From the NCBI GenBank assembly GCA_043228905.1, contig JBHGNT010000002.1, positions 23,064,001 to 23,128,000 on the forward strand: a stretch of DNA of 64,000 nt, in the 5' to 3' direction. Of the stretch, positions 26,718-40,211 are shown piece by piece (the first letter of the stretch is position 1; every line of letters begins with the position of its first letter). The translations under genes and the position numbers were made by a program. The DNA comes from Azolla caroliniana. Taxonomy: Eukaryota; Plantae; Polypodiophyta. A model generated the notes under the pieces. It saw nothing but the letters and a program-made list of their open reading frames with translations. It was not told the origin of the DNA and made no database searches.

Positions 26718-26995
26718 ACTCAGATTCGATACCCCTCTGGGACTAAAACAATAAACAATACTCCTTAGATACGGTATCCCACTGGGCCTAAAACAACACA
26801 CAAAATATTACTCCGGAAGGCTATCCGACTTTGGTCTCCTAAAACAGCACACACACACACACACACACACACAATACTCAGATTCGATACCCCTCTGGGA
26901 CTAAAACAACAAACAATACTCCTTAGATACGATATCCCATTGGGCCTAAAACAACACACAAAATACTACTCCAGAACGTTATCCGACTTTGGTCT
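26410..26995. repeat. Diverged minisatellite (about 45-60 bp unit CTAAAACAACACACAATACTCCTTCGATATAGTATCCCACTGGGC) with embedded (CA)n
   Basis: About a dozen CTAAAA(A/G)CAA-anchored units are visible, with a higher-order duplication at about 26690-26838 / 26850-26995. Confidence 0.88.
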
Positions 26996-27019
26996 TTTTT
27001 CCATAGATCTCCATCTCTC

Positions 27020-27557
<538 letters not shown>

Positions 27558-27757
27558 AAATTGGCAATATTCTGAGCTTTCTAAGTATAGAAAAGAAAGA
27601 AAGAAAGAAAGAAAGAAAAGCTAGATCTGTTGAAGGTGAATCTTGAAACAGAAATTTGTCAGCAGTATCAATCTTGGTAAATTTGTTCCTGTGAAAGTGA
27701 TTTTCATTCATATGCTCTTGTGTTTTTTTTAGCAGGTCTACCTAGATTTGAGGAGAG

Positions 27758-28965
27758 ATGGAATTGGGGGACAGGACGATAGGCTTTTCGATGCTTCTGT
27801 TCTCTGTCTCTCTCTTTGCGTACTATACATTCTGGGTTATCATTTTGGTTAGCTCTCTGTCTCCCTATATGACATGTATATGTGTGTGTATATGACATGT
27901 GTTTGAGCCATGAACATCAAAAATTACAGACAGACAGACAGGGGATCATGTCAAGCAACTTATGCCACATTCTGGGAGTAATATGAGAATATAATCAATT
28001 TGGTCTTAAGCACCATGATCCGAGAGGAAATATTAACAGGTCTCATGTTCCCTGAGCATCAAAAATTAACAAAGAGAAGGGATCATGTCAAGCAACTTAT
28101 GCCACATTCTGGGAGTAATATGAGAATATAATCAATTTGGTCTGAAGCACCATGATCCGAGAGGAAATATTAACAGGTCTCATATTCCCCGAGCCACCAT
28201 ATCTGGTTGGTGATCACCAAAAGGCTGCATACTGAGCGGGCCGTCACATCAGATGGTGCCAGACCCCGGTTGTCGGTAGTCCAGCATATTGCTGGGCATT
28301 TCCTTGCATCAAAATGGAGTCAATATTGGCCAGAAGTATGCACATTATCTTGTTGATATTAGTAGCATTTGACTCTCTCCATGCATCTGTTTTCAATGAT
28401 TGAAATCTCAAGGGCCCATCACACTGCACAGAGTTACAGAAGCTTGTCTCATCATTCCATTATTGGTGCAGATGGGCTAGTCCATTTTTACCTAGGCCCC
28501 CATATGTGATGGAATTGATAAAGAAAGATGATAAAGCTCCAAGTCTCTCATTTTGGTTAACATTTGACCATAAGGATGGACATGGAGTAGCTGTATGACT
28601 GCTCTCAAGAAACACTGGAAAGATATTGCTAAGCATCAGACAGTCATTGTTTTGGGAACAAAGGAAAAGTAGTCATTGCTTATTATTCTGAATTGTCCCC
28701 CAATTATTCCTGTTAAACATGTAGGAAAACCTCTTTTTTTATTTTGAATGCTAGATCTGATATTGTCGAGATTTTCATTGAATCGATCGATTTGTTTTTG
28801 CAGCCGTTCGTTGATGAGGACCATTTTATTCATAAGTACTTTCTACCACATCAGTATGCAATCATTATTCCCACATTTGGACTTGTAACTCTCGTTTGTT
28901 TCCTGGTTGTATTTATCGGTGTGATTATGTTAAAAGGAAGAAGTCCAAAATCTCACACCCACTAG
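27758..28965 (+). CDS. DPM2: Dolichol-phosphate mannose synthase regulatory subunit 2 (83 aa, two TM helices)
   Basis: Exon 27758-27847 (MELGDRTIGFSMLLFSVSLFAYYTFWVIIL) joins exon 28804-28965 (PFVDEDHFIHKYFLPHQYAIIIP...IGVIMLK...) across a phase-0 GT-AG intron. YYTFWVIILPFVD..HF.H.YFLP is the DPM2 signature. Confidence 0.95.
27910..28194. repeat. 137-bp tandem duplication in the DPM2 intron
   Basis: GGGATCATGTCAAGCAACTTATGCC...GGTCTCAT at 27942 and 28079. Confidence 0.9.
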
Positions 28966-30195
28966 TTATAAGTTGTATTTTCTTAGTGAAACATATGATG
29001 AGTATCAGGCAACTCTGCCTCTCTGTCATATGATGAGAAGAACTTTCTAAGCTTGAAAAGCCTTTGAATGTCTACTACGGTCTTCTTGGTTTCTTGATAA
29101 TGGTAGAATAAGGAATCTTTTTCTTTTCTGATGTAAAAAGTCATCAAAACTTCCATGCTTTCGTTATGAGGCCAAGTTTGTATTCTTTTGCAATCATCAA
29201 AAACTTCTCTCCAACAGCTCTCATGATTACTAACTCATCGCTCATTCTCTCTTTACATGCTCTTTCATGAGCTTTTTCTGTTCAATATATATATATATAT
29301 AGCTAGCTAGTTAAATTTTTGTGATTGCAAAGAGGAGATGAAAAAATTACATATGAAACCAAATCAAAACATTTACACGTACAATCCGGAGTGCAATGCA
29401 ACTTAGGGGATGTGGAGTGATATGCAATTGATGATATTGATCTTCCAACATAATATTGATCAAGATAATGTTACATATGGGTTGACCTTCTTTCGAAGCT
29501 AAGTTTAAAATTCAAGCATATAAACTTATGGAATTGCTGCACATATTAATGGATTAGTACGTGTTGTAAGACTCTAGATAAATACTATAAAAATTTACAT
29601 TTGATGAGAAAAGCATTGTAGTGGTAGAGGCATTATTATCGTGTGCTTTAACCATGTCCATCCCCTCGTGTATGAAGTTTTACTGAGCAAGTCATTCACT
29701 TATAAGGATTTTAATGGACAAACAGCATGCATAAGAGATCATAACAAAGAGTATAGCTTTGCATGCACATCAACACTGCAATAGGATGGATTCAGTACTT
29801 TGCCTCAGTCGGCACTACTTCCAAATTATTATCATTACATCACCATCTACTCATCCCAGCTCCATATCCCTTGTACAGAAGTTCATATTGTTACATCCCT
29901 TCCTCTACCTGTCTCATGTGTTTTTTAAACTTCTTTTTTTGTCTCTTTTCTCTTTTCTATGTACCTCTTGTCAAAGACATACACACCGCATGTACAACAT
30001 TGCTGTACATGCTTAGTAAATCCATCGTGACTACATTTTAAGCATGTTGTAGCCAAGAGAGGAAAGAGTCCAGAGGAAGCCACACAGATACATAAACATG
30101 CACATAATTTCCTTGATCCACTGCAAACTATTTTCATAGATGAAATTTTTTATATCTTTCATTCTGCGATATTTTCATCTTGATGTTATAGCTTG

Positions 30196-32604
30196 TTATG
30201 ATACTCTTGTCTTGATACCCAACCGATTAATGTGAACTCTAACAGGTTGTTCTCCCTCACCCAAAGGAAAGTGCCTAGGAAAATCAACTGATGCAGCAAC
30301 TCTCAATTTCGTATGATGACCAATGTTGATGATGTGCTCATCAAACTCAACACCTGAATGACAAAATAGTAATAACAACAACCACACATTTAATGATCTG
30401 GTTATTCACAACTATAAGATAATAATAACAAAAGAGAGGCTAGCGTGTATCTGAAATTTACCATTCAGTAAGGGAAAAAATGTGATATTAACATATATTC
30501 CTCAAAGATTCCACCCATTCAATGAATTTAGGCTTAATGCATCCAAATAACTTAATTTCTATGGTATATGTGATTACCTCCGGGTGTAAGATGGAATCCA
30601 GTCCCTAGCGGATTGTATAGCTGCACGCACAACTGCGAAGTCGGGGACTCCCAAATATGTTCCACATTTAACAAAGGAATCCTGCACAATGTTTGAAGAA
30701 AAACAAAAGGAGATATGGCTAGATCAATCGTTCTGAAAAATGCAGACAACAAAATGACAAAATCAAGTGTTCTTTTTATCTTTGATAGTGAAAACCATGC
30801 ACCTTAAACAAACTATGATTTTAGAATAAATTCACAATGACATGCAAAGAAAGAATGCAAGATATATTTATGTGTCTAAAAGATCATAATGGCATCTGAA
30901 ACCTAGCAAAACTTACAATTATTCATGTTAATTCTGTTACTGAACTGGAAGTTAGTTATTTGACCATCTATGCCTTTCAAAATTATCAATGTGAGAAATT
31001 CCATGCACATTCATATTATTTTGCAATTTCGCATGAATCCCCATGTGATGGATGATATTGTGCATTCATATTATCCATAGATATGTTATATATGTTTCAC
31101 CCACAATTCCGCTGACCTGATGATCATATAAAAAAAGCGACATACTATCTCAGAGAGACCCCTTGTGTGTATATTTTGACTCTTCAATAACTTCCATTTT
31201 AGAGAGACGTGCATTTTTCATTCTGATTGAGAATTTAACCCAACACGTCTATATTATTACATCACACAACGACTATTAAAAACCTCAACGTTTTGGGTAC
31301 AGAAGAACACCCAGTAAGCTTTAAGAATTATGCGTCTACTCCTGTGTTATAGTAGATTTTGTAAAAAGTTATTTTGGTGTTTTTTTCTGGCAATGAAACT
31401 CTATCCAGCGCAGTTTCGATATTTACCTGTATCGGATATCTATGGCTAGCCTTGTGCCTCCTATGGGCCACTTTCCACGCAATTCAAACAGAGGTAAAGG
31501 TAGAATATAGAAAGCAAAATGTTTAGCCTTCACCCTCATTTGAGGTAAGAGGTGACCTCCTTTATCCATTTGAACCTTTGCACCAAATCCGAAGTTGAGG
31601 CTCCAAGGAAGGCCAGGCAAGCCTGTCTCCTCGTCTGGAAATTCCCATGACTGTTGAAATGTTTGTCTGTCTGTCTTTCTCTCTCTCTCTCCCTCTCTCT
31701 CTCTCTCTCACACACACACAAAAGAACTCGCCATAGATCATATTTGAGGTAGAAGACAATAATAAAATCTACTTCTCTGCATGCCAAATAGCACGAAAGT
31801 TGCAATTAGATAACAGTTGCACCTTACATTCCAATAAATCCTATCTTTTACATAAAACAAATTTAGTTTATCTTACTTCCCAAATAACCACAAACATTTA
31901 GCCTACCTTTAGAAAAGAAACCGTAAATTTTTAACTTACAAACCCAAAATTGAAACGGAAAACAAAAAATTTAACTTGCCTAAAATTAAATTAAATTAAA
32001 AAGAAACAAGGAAATTTTAGCTTACCTGAAAACGAGAACGAAAAACGCAAGATTTTGACTTACATCAGCGGTAAGTGAATCAATCAATGTATATAGCAGT
32101 ACCTAAAATAATAAAAATTTAAAAGCGAACCAAAAATTAAGCTGAACTAACCTGCATTAGTTTCAATCGAGCACCTCCTCCATCGAGACCTCGGACCCAC
32201 CTTCCCAAAGAAGAAGAAGAAGAAGAGTTATCGTCTTCGTGATCATCATCTTCATCGTGGCCATATCGATTATTCTGGCGTGTGTGTCTTGCTCCTTTTC
32301 TTGCGTGAGGCCCATTAAATGCAGTCAATCTCTGGACGTCCAGGCGGAGAACAGTGTGAGAAGTTCTCCAGAATCGATGGAATGCAGCGCCGAGGATATC
32401 GACGAGACGTGTGGATCCAGGGAGATTCCGATCCCGATGATGAATCGGGATCCCGGGGATGGGGTTCTGGTTCTGGTTCTGGTAAAGCCCATGTAGGTAC
32501 TGCTGCCCTTGTTCTTCTCCTTCTTCTACTTTGAGGGGAGGACGAGGAGGGGTCACGGGATGATCCGAGACAGAGTGAGGAGTGGGAGCTTCTTCACTCA
32601 TCAT
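30196..32604 (-). CDS. Uncharacterised 4-exon protein with a disordered N-terminus and a beta-strand-rich C-terminal domain
   Basis: Exons 32604-32152, 31650-31427, 30681-30578 and 30353-30196 (TAA). All three GT-AG introns are phase-compatible and give one open frame: ...GGARLKLMQ|SWEFPDEETGLPGLPWSLNFGFGAKVQ...IDIRYR|IPLL...FHLTPG|GVEFDEH...RLGIKTRVS*. A (GAA)n tract lies in the 5' leader. I do not recognise the family. Confidence 0.8.
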
Positions 32605-32739
32605 GGCTTCCTCCTGTTCTTCTTCTTCTTCTTCTTCTTCTTCTCTTCTTCTCTCCTTCTTCTTCTTCTCTCCTTCTCTTCCTCATCAAATCAAGTATGT
32701 ACTGTATGTGACACACAGTCTACAGATTAAGTATAAATA

Positions 32740-33230
32740 TGTATTTCCCGAAATGCCCCTGTGCTTTTTTTTCCCTTATTTCCAAAAAATGCCCCTCCTG
32801 GCTTTTCCTTCCTGCTTTTTCCTCGGTGAGAAAGGCAATGGCCCTAGTGCCTTTCACTTATTTCCAAAAAATACCCCTCCTGGCTTTTCCTTCCTGCTTT
32901 TCTTGGGGCCCTGGTGCCTTTCCCTTATTTCCCAAAAATGCCCCTCCTGGCTTTTCCTTCCTGCTTTTTCTTGGGAGCGAAATGCAATGGCCCTGTGCCT
33001 TTCCCTTATTTCCCAAAAAATGCCCCTGCCTTTTCCTTCCTGCTTTTCTTTGGAGAGAAATGCAATGGCCCTGTGCTTTTCCCTTATTTCCAAAAATGCC
33101 CCTGGCTTCTCCTTACTGTTTTCTCTGGGAGAGAAAATGCAATGGCACACTATGCTTTTCCCTTGTTTCCAAAAAATGTCCATGGTTTTTCCTTACTGTT
33201 TTCCCTGGGAGAGAAATGCAATGCCCCTTG
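32740..33230. repeat. Pyrimidine-rich minisatellite (~60-80 bp unit: AAATGCAATGGCCCTGTGCTTTTCCCTTATTTCCAAAAAATGCCCCTCCTGGCTTTTCCTTCCTGCTTTT)
   Basis: Six to seven diverged units. They explain the repetitive ORFs 32582-33319, 32739-33362 and 32914-33231. Confidence 0.9.
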
Positions 33231-33499
33231 ACTTCTCTCTTGGTCGCTTTAAGCTTATATGCCACCTCCATCAGAGAGATATTTTCCACTCCTGTTTCAA
33301 TGGTCGAACCACCCTATAGCATGATTTTGGATAAATATCAACAACTCCTTCTTTGTCTATAGCCATGAATAAGGCGAAGGAGAACCTTTAGTTTTATTAG
33401 TAGCTTAGGGTTCACCATAAATGGTTCACAAAGAAGCAAGGGGGAGGGCTAAATGTGAAAGTGTTTTTAGAATTCAAGGTATTGAAGTCTACAAGAATA

Positions 33500-34955
33500 T
33501 AAGGTATGGTGCGTTCACATCCGGAGGGCAAGATCACGAGCTAAGGTCTTGAGGATAAGTCAAACAAAAAGCAAGTCACGTGGAGAAAAGTAAAAGAAGG
33601 AAAAAGCAGACCACCAAAAAGCAGTCAGAAACAAACGCTCATAACTCTCTCGTTTGACACCCAAATATCACGTGTAAATATGGGTTAGAAAGCTTATGAC
33701 GAGAGCTATCCGTAGCTTTTTAAAACTCTAAATTTGGAGCATGGATGAGGGAGATATGACGATTAGAAGATCGTTGTGTCATAACTATGAATAGGAGATG
33801 GAAAAGCTCTAAAAAAAGCGTGGAAAAGAAAGCAAGCGAAACTTATCTACTAGAGGAGAACTTCATATAAAGCAAGAAGAGTGAGGTGGTGAGGGGGGCC
33901 TTTTTCTTGTGGGGTTTTTCTTGCCTATTCATGTAGTGCGTTTTTCTAGTGATCAATTCATCCTTGTAGGCTTGAGTTTATGTATCTTCTTTCTCTTGTT
34001 TCTATGATCATCACTCCTTATTAAGATATCTTTGTAGATTTGGGTTTCTATATCTTCCTTCTCTCTCTTTTCTATCATCATCTCTCTTTTCATTTTTTTG
34101 GCGCTCCAGGGAGGGTCGATCCTTTCCGTATAACGGGAGGAACGGTTGCCCACTCATTGATGGTTGGATCTACCGATTCATCATCAAACTAATGGCAAGA
34201 TATGGAGTTCGCGATGCGACAGATCTACGAAGAGAACTTTTCCAATTGCGTATGGTTTCACCAATGTGCTACCTCGAGTATGAGAAGACGTTTTTGGATA
34301 TATGGTCCACTTGGATTGGACTTGTTGGAGGCGTTGAAGATGTATACTTCAAGATGGAAAGATTCAAAGCAGGGCTAGATCCATATTTTCAATATGAAGT
34401 GCATATGAAGTACCCAAGGTCTTTCCATGATTTGCTTCGAGTATGTCAAAGTTATGATCAACAATTGAAGAAGTTGTTATTCGGTGAAGCATATGGATTA
34501 TCGGCGTCATATACCATAAATCCAAGCTATAATAATTGTGGATCGGTCATGAGCCAACAACCAGCCTACTTGCAATGTCCGATTCAACAGGTTCCCTCAT
34601 ATCATTATTCTAATTTTTGGAGTTATAATGATGTCTATGAAGGTGATTCCAGAGACAATGAAGAAGAGGTGATGAATGTGGAGTCCCCCCATCTAGTTCA
34701 TGAGGACAACCATGATATAAAGAATGATGATGTGAAAGACGAATCTAAGGAGATAGTTATGAGAAGCGATGTTATGGATGGTGATGCCAATGTACATCAT
34801 GTTGAGGACATTATTGATACAACAAGTGATATGGTGGTTGATGATGAATATGTGCAAGATGAAATGGAAGATATGACAAAAGAAGTTGTTGATGGTGAAG
34901 TACCCACAACGAAGTTGCAAGATGAAGAAGGTAACCTAGAAGTGATAGTTGGAGA
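33500..34955 (+). mobile_element. LTR-retrotransposon fragment: LTR-like leader plus a Gypsy-type gag ORF running into the gap
   Basis: The ORF from 34192 has retrotransposon-gag-like LRRELFQLRM...YEKTF...KMERFKAGLD...PRSFHDLL, then an acidic linker. TATA-like CATATAAAG near 33864. The left boundary is approximate. Confidence 0.65.
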
Positions 34956-35055
34956 NNNNNNNNNNNNNNNNNNNNNNNNNNNNNNNNNNNNNNNNNNNNN
35001 NNNNNNNNNNNNNNNNNNNNNNNNNNNNNNNNNNNNNNNNNNNNNNNNNNNNNNN
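34956..35055. other. Assembly gap (100 N)
   Basis: A run of exactly 100 N, typical of a placeholder gap of unknown size. Confidence 0.99.
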
Positions 35056-35056
35056 A

Positions 35057-35622
35057 CATCACCTCTTCTTCATTGTCTCTGGAATCACCTTCATAGACAT
35101 CATTATAACTCCAAAAATTAGAATAATGATATGAGGGAACCTGTTGAATCGGACATTGCAAGTAGGCTGGTTGTTGGCTCATGACCGATCCACAATTATT
35201 ATAGCTTGGATTTATGGTATATGACGCCGATAATCCATATGCTTCACCGAATAACAACTTCTTCAATTGTTGATCATAACTTTGACATACTCGAAGCAAA
35301 TCATGGAAAGATCTTGGGTACTTCATATGCACTTCATATTGAAAATATGGATCTAGCCCTGCTTTGAATCTTTCCATCTTGAAGTATACATCTTCAACGC
35401 CTCCAACAAGTCCAATCCAAGTGGACCATATATCCAAAAACGTCTTCTCATACTCGAGGTAGCACATTGGTGAAACCATACGCAATTGGAAAAGTTCTCT
35501 TCGTAGATCTGTCGCATCGCGAACTCCATATCGTGCCATTAGTTTGATGATGAATCAGTAGATCCAACCATCAATTAGTGGACAACCGTTCCTCCCGTTA
35601 TACAGAAAGGATCGGCCCTCCC
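35057..35622 (-). mobile_element. Second, inverted copy of the gag region (matches 34109-34674)
   Basis: The reverse complement matches 566 bp of the + copy with 7 substitutions by my count. The translated gag is identical over the shared length. Confidence 0.9.
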
Positions 35623-36242
35623 ATAAGGGGGGCGCAAGCATGCTTTAGAAATGAAAGGAACACCTTGCGAGTACACCCCTAAAGTTTTTCCCGTAGTTCC
35701 ATTAATGCCTTTCCTCTCTGTCATGTAAGGTCTCACGTGAAGCTTGGGTATGCACACTCATGCAGCTTTTCGTAGCAACATCATGTTGCGCGTGTAAGTT
35801 TTTGAGAAGGAAAAAAAAAACGTGGCATTCAAAATTGGGGGTGGTCAGTGGACAAAAAATGGCAGATGCGGTCTGAGTGATGTGGACGATTATTGCATGT
35901 CTGTCTCTATCAATCTGAACACGGCTCACGTAGATGGAATATTCATGCAACCCACATGTGACACCACCTAAATCTCGATTCTCCCCTTTTACAGCAAGCC
36001 AAATTTGCACACACATCTTCTTTCTTCATGTGCCATGTTGTTGTTGTAGTAAATCACAATTAGAAAGCAAATAGAGACTCACTCGGGTTTCGCCCCGCTT
36101 CTGATATTCAAACTCTCTCGACTTTAATAATGCAAACCAACCTGAAATCAATTTATAGAGATTCATTCGAGTTTCGCCTCGCTTCTAATATTCAAACTCT
36201 CTATAATGCAAACCAAACCAAAGTTTCGCAACTAATTGCTTT

Positions 36243-36286
<44 letters not shown>

Positions 36287-36299
36287 GTAAATAATGGTT

Positions 36300-37055
36300 T
36301 TCATTACGAAAGAAAAAAACACCACCATGACTAACTTACTACAAAGTATAGAACCCTTCTATCTAGGGATCTAAAGAATACTACGACAACAAACTCAATG
36401 CCACCCTACACACCAATTCAAATGGCGAGTATGATGATATGTGACCTTGCAAAGTTCTCTCTCTTCTCGTTTGAGATTTCGTGACTTCTCTAGCATTGTC
36501 AATTGCCACAAAAGAAGTCCGTTTAACTTTAGAACATATTTTCTCACCCCAACTTGCAAATAAAAAATGAAGGCATTCCGCATATTCCAATTGAACCATA
36601 GCCCCCAATACCTCAAGAACTCAAAATATAATTTGAAAATGAGGCATCAGTTCATTGTTCTTCATATGTGCAAAAACCCAACTGAAGGAAGATAGAGTTA
36701 CTCCTGTTAGAGACATCCACACTAAACCGATACACCTCCAAACCATCATTGCCATTGGGCATGAAATAAATCGATGCCTAATATGTTCCAATTCCACTGA
36801 ACAAAAGAAACACAATCCTTTAGTAATGTTTCTTTTTTTTTAATGCATCCCCTAATGGTAAAGCTCCAACCATAACTCTCCAAATAAATACCTTGGCTCG
36901 TAGCATCAATCGAGAACACCAACCTGCCTTGATCACATGAAACCACCAAGTAATGAATGGGCTTATGAAAACCCCATATCTTTATAACCATTTCTTCCAA
37001 CCACTTATGTTTGTCAATCAACTTGTGATAAGCAACATTCGTGGCGATCATAGTC
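36300..37055 (-). mobile_element. L1/Tx1-type LINE 3' fragment (zf-RVT region)
   Basis: CFFCSVELEHIRHRFISCPMAMMVW (Cx2C..E..H.F..C..A..VW) is followed by GLWFNWNMRNAFIF (W..W..RN..IF). Frameshifted and bracketed by (TC)n tracts. Confidence 0.8.
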
Positions 37056-37342
37056 AATCTCTTCGTCTCTCTCTCTCTGTCTCTGTCTGTTTGTCTCTGT
37101 CTCTCTCTTTGTCTGTCTGTCTGTCTCTCTTTGTGTGTGTGTGTTCTTTTTTTATTTGTTTTGCATAATATCTTCTATCATCGGGCACATTGAGGTATGT
37201 ATGCACTGCCACGCGACAATTAGTCGTCACTCCGACTTGGGCGAGCCAAGAGTGAGTGAGTTAAAAGAAGGCTTTTCAGTTGTACCCAGGCCCCATGGGG
37301 GACATCTTATGTTACTTCTTTGTTATATTGCATTTGGCCGCA

Positions 37343-37377
37343 CCCTAAACCCTAAACCCTAAACCTTAAACCCTAAA
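37343..37377 (+). promoter_or_regulatory. Five telomere-type repeats (CCCTAAA); a telo-box cluster upstream of PPR gene 1
   Basis: CCCTAAA CCCTAAA CCCTAAA CCTTAAA CCCTAAA. The regulatory role is inferred. Confidence 0.7.
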
Positions 37378-38311
37378 ATCCCACAGGAAAAGAGGATTTG
37401 GCTACACAGCCTGAATGAAGAATGGCAGTGGGTCTCTTCCCCCCCATGAAGAGAGATAATCGATCCTCCCTCCCCTGGGGGCTGGCAAGGATGGAGGAGA
37501 TGGTTTCTTTTAGGGAGATAGCAGAGAGGTGGGGGGATTATTGCTTTCACCTCAGGGCAAATGTGCCTTTTGTTAATGACATGGAATTCAGTCTGTAGAG
37601 GCAGAGACAATGAGAAGATGATTTGAGATTGCATAACCCTCTCTCTCTCATCATCAGGATATGACATGCTCCACTGCAAGAGAAAGCTAGACAGCGTGCG
37701 ATGCAGAACAGGTAGAAATATAAAGTCCTCTTCATGCTTTCTCTTTTTTCGCGTTTTAGGAAGACATTATACACTCTAAACATGAATGCATTTTATGTAT
37801 ATGCATATGTCTGTACCCTGTCTGTACATGGACTTGCACGTGCATGCATATGTATGTGTACGTGTTATTGTGACCTACTGAGCATCTCGCTGTAAATATT
37901 TCTTGTTGTGGGTTTTCACGTCACATTGAGGTTTTCCATCAGTACTAATATTCAATGTATCACAATAAAAAGGTATATGTATGTACATAGAGTTCTGGTA
38001 ACATGTTGCCTGCAAGAGAGAAAGATTATGATCTCTTTTCTGAAGTTGTATATTTATAACATGATGTATTGAGGTTAGGCATGATGCCATGTCATCATAA
38101 ATTTTGGTTTTAAACAAACAAGCTTTTATATACACAGGCCCAATCATGTGTATGTCACATTTATTTGCAGATGTATTATGTATATGTTGATCTTGATGTC
38201 CGAGTCCAGGTCCATATGCATGTGTACGTGTACGTCATGTGTATATGTGTGTGCATGTATATTGGATCATGATAACATGATATAACATCTTCCACTTCAA
38301 TTCATATGCAG

Positions 38312-40211
38312 GGGAACTTCCTTGCATGAGATACATAGTCTTTGTGATAAAGGAGAGATAATCCAAGCTGTAAATATTATAAAGCAGCTACAAAAATGTG
38401 GAGAAGACATCCCAGCCAATGCTCTTATGACAATTTTACAAAGTTGCATTAGGAAGAAAGATGTGAAATCTGGAAAAGAGGTATCTTCTCTCATTAAGAG
38501 ATGTGGATTGGAAACAAGTAGTTTTTTCGGTACACACCTAATTCGGTTATTTACTCTATGTGGAAACTTGTTAGATGCACAAAGAATCTTCTCTCAACTT
38601 CATGAACAGAGCGAGTTTTCATGGAGTGCTATCATATTGGCGCATGCAGCACTTGGAAAGGAGGCAAAAGCGTTAGAGTTATTCAGACAAATGAAAATGT
38701 CTGAATTCAGATGTGATGGACATGTCTTTGTTGCAGTTCTTAAAGCATGCTCACAAATGTCTGCATTAGAACACGGGGAGCTTATCCATATGCATATTGT
38801 TGAGGATGGATATGATTCAAATGTATTTGTTGCAAACTCACTTATTAGTATGTATGCTAAATGCAGAGCAATAGAAGATGCTTGCAAGATTTTTAAGGCG
38901 TTGTCAATAAACCGTGATATGGTATCGTGGAGTGCATTACTCTCTGCCTATGTTCAAAATGGTTATAATGAAGAAGCCCTACAGCTGTTTATATTAATGC
39001 AAAAAGATGGTATTAAGCCAGACAAAGTCATCATTGTCAGTGTGTTAAATGCATGCTCTGGTTTAAATGCTCTTGATAATGCGAGATTGATACATAACCT
39101 CATAATATATGATGATATTGGTTATGATTCATTCATCCAAAGTTGTCTCATCGACATGTATGCAAATCTTGGACGAGTTAAAGAAGCACGTGCAGTATTT
39201 GACAGAGTGTTGGACCCTTGTCTCATTACATGGAATGCAATGATATCAGGATATACAAAACATGGGCAAAATGGTTATGAAGCACTTAAGCTTTTTACTC
39301 AAATGAAGTTAAAAGGGCGTGCTGCAGATACAGCAACTCACCTTAGCCTTATTAAAGCTGGAGCATGCATTGGAGATTTGGACAAGGGAAAATTCATACA
39401 TTTGTATATTATAGAGTGTGATCATCCAACTGATATAATTATTGAGAATGCCCTTATTGATCTTTACACGAAATGTAGCCATCTTGAAGGTGTATGTAAA
39501 GTGTTTATTAAAATGAAGAAACGAACTTTAGTGACATGGAATTCTATAATTGGCGCATATTCTCAGCTTGGATGTGGTCAGGAATCTCTTTACTATTATT
39601 ACTACATGCAGCAAGAGGGTATGGATCCTGACAATGTAACATTTGTAAGCTTGTTAAAAGCATGTTCCACTATGTTCGCCTTAGTACAAGGGAGGTTAAT
39701 CCATGCTCATATCATGGAAGAAGCTTGTGAAATGGATAGATTGATTGCGAATACTATCATTGATATGTATGCGAAGTGTGGATGCCTTGAGGATGCACTT
39801 CTTGTTTTTGATAAAATGGAAGAAGACAAGGATGTGGTGAGTTGGAGTGCAATGATGGAGGGCTTCTCCAAGTGTGACGAATTCAGTAAAGTTGTCGGGT
39901 GCTTCAAAGACATGCAAGAACAAGGTGTAAAACCAAATGCAGTGACGTTCCTTTGTCTTTTGTCTGTCTGTAGCCATTTGGGTCTTGTTTATGAAGGACG
40001 TAATTTTTTCAGGATGATGACCAAAGAGTATTATAATGTTACACCGACAATCGAACATTATGGTTGTATGATAGATCTTCTTGCGCACACAGGGCAATTT
40101 GATGAGGCACGACAGTTGCTTCACTCAATGCCCTCTGAATTTAACCCAGTAGGATGCATCTCCCTTATTAATCATTATAGTTTTGAATTGGACGTGGCAA
40201 GTGGGAAGTAA
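38312..40211 (+). CDS. PLS-class pentatricopeptide repeat protein with a degenerate, truncated E domain and no DYW
   Basis: The 629-aa ORF has repeated P-L-S triplets (FSWSAII, VFVAVLKAC, FVANSLISMYAKC, VTFLCLLSVCSHLGLV, PTIEHYGCMIDLL). Acceptor TGCAG ends at 38311. A short upstream exon (e.g. ATGCAGAACAG|GTAGA, about 37701-37711) is possible but unconfirmed. Confidence 0.9.

Noticed and set aside
32582-33362. Long overlapping ORFs of 245, 207 and 105 aa
   Set aside because: Stop-poor minisatellite translations with no domain motifs.
34811-35121. ORFs reading through the N run as 309-aa and 242-aa proteins
   Set aside because: The frames are bridged artificially by the 100-N gap.
37343-37377. 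Chromosome end or telomere fusion scar
   Set aside because: Only five units in one orientation, in a promoter-like position. A telo-box cluster is the simpler reading.
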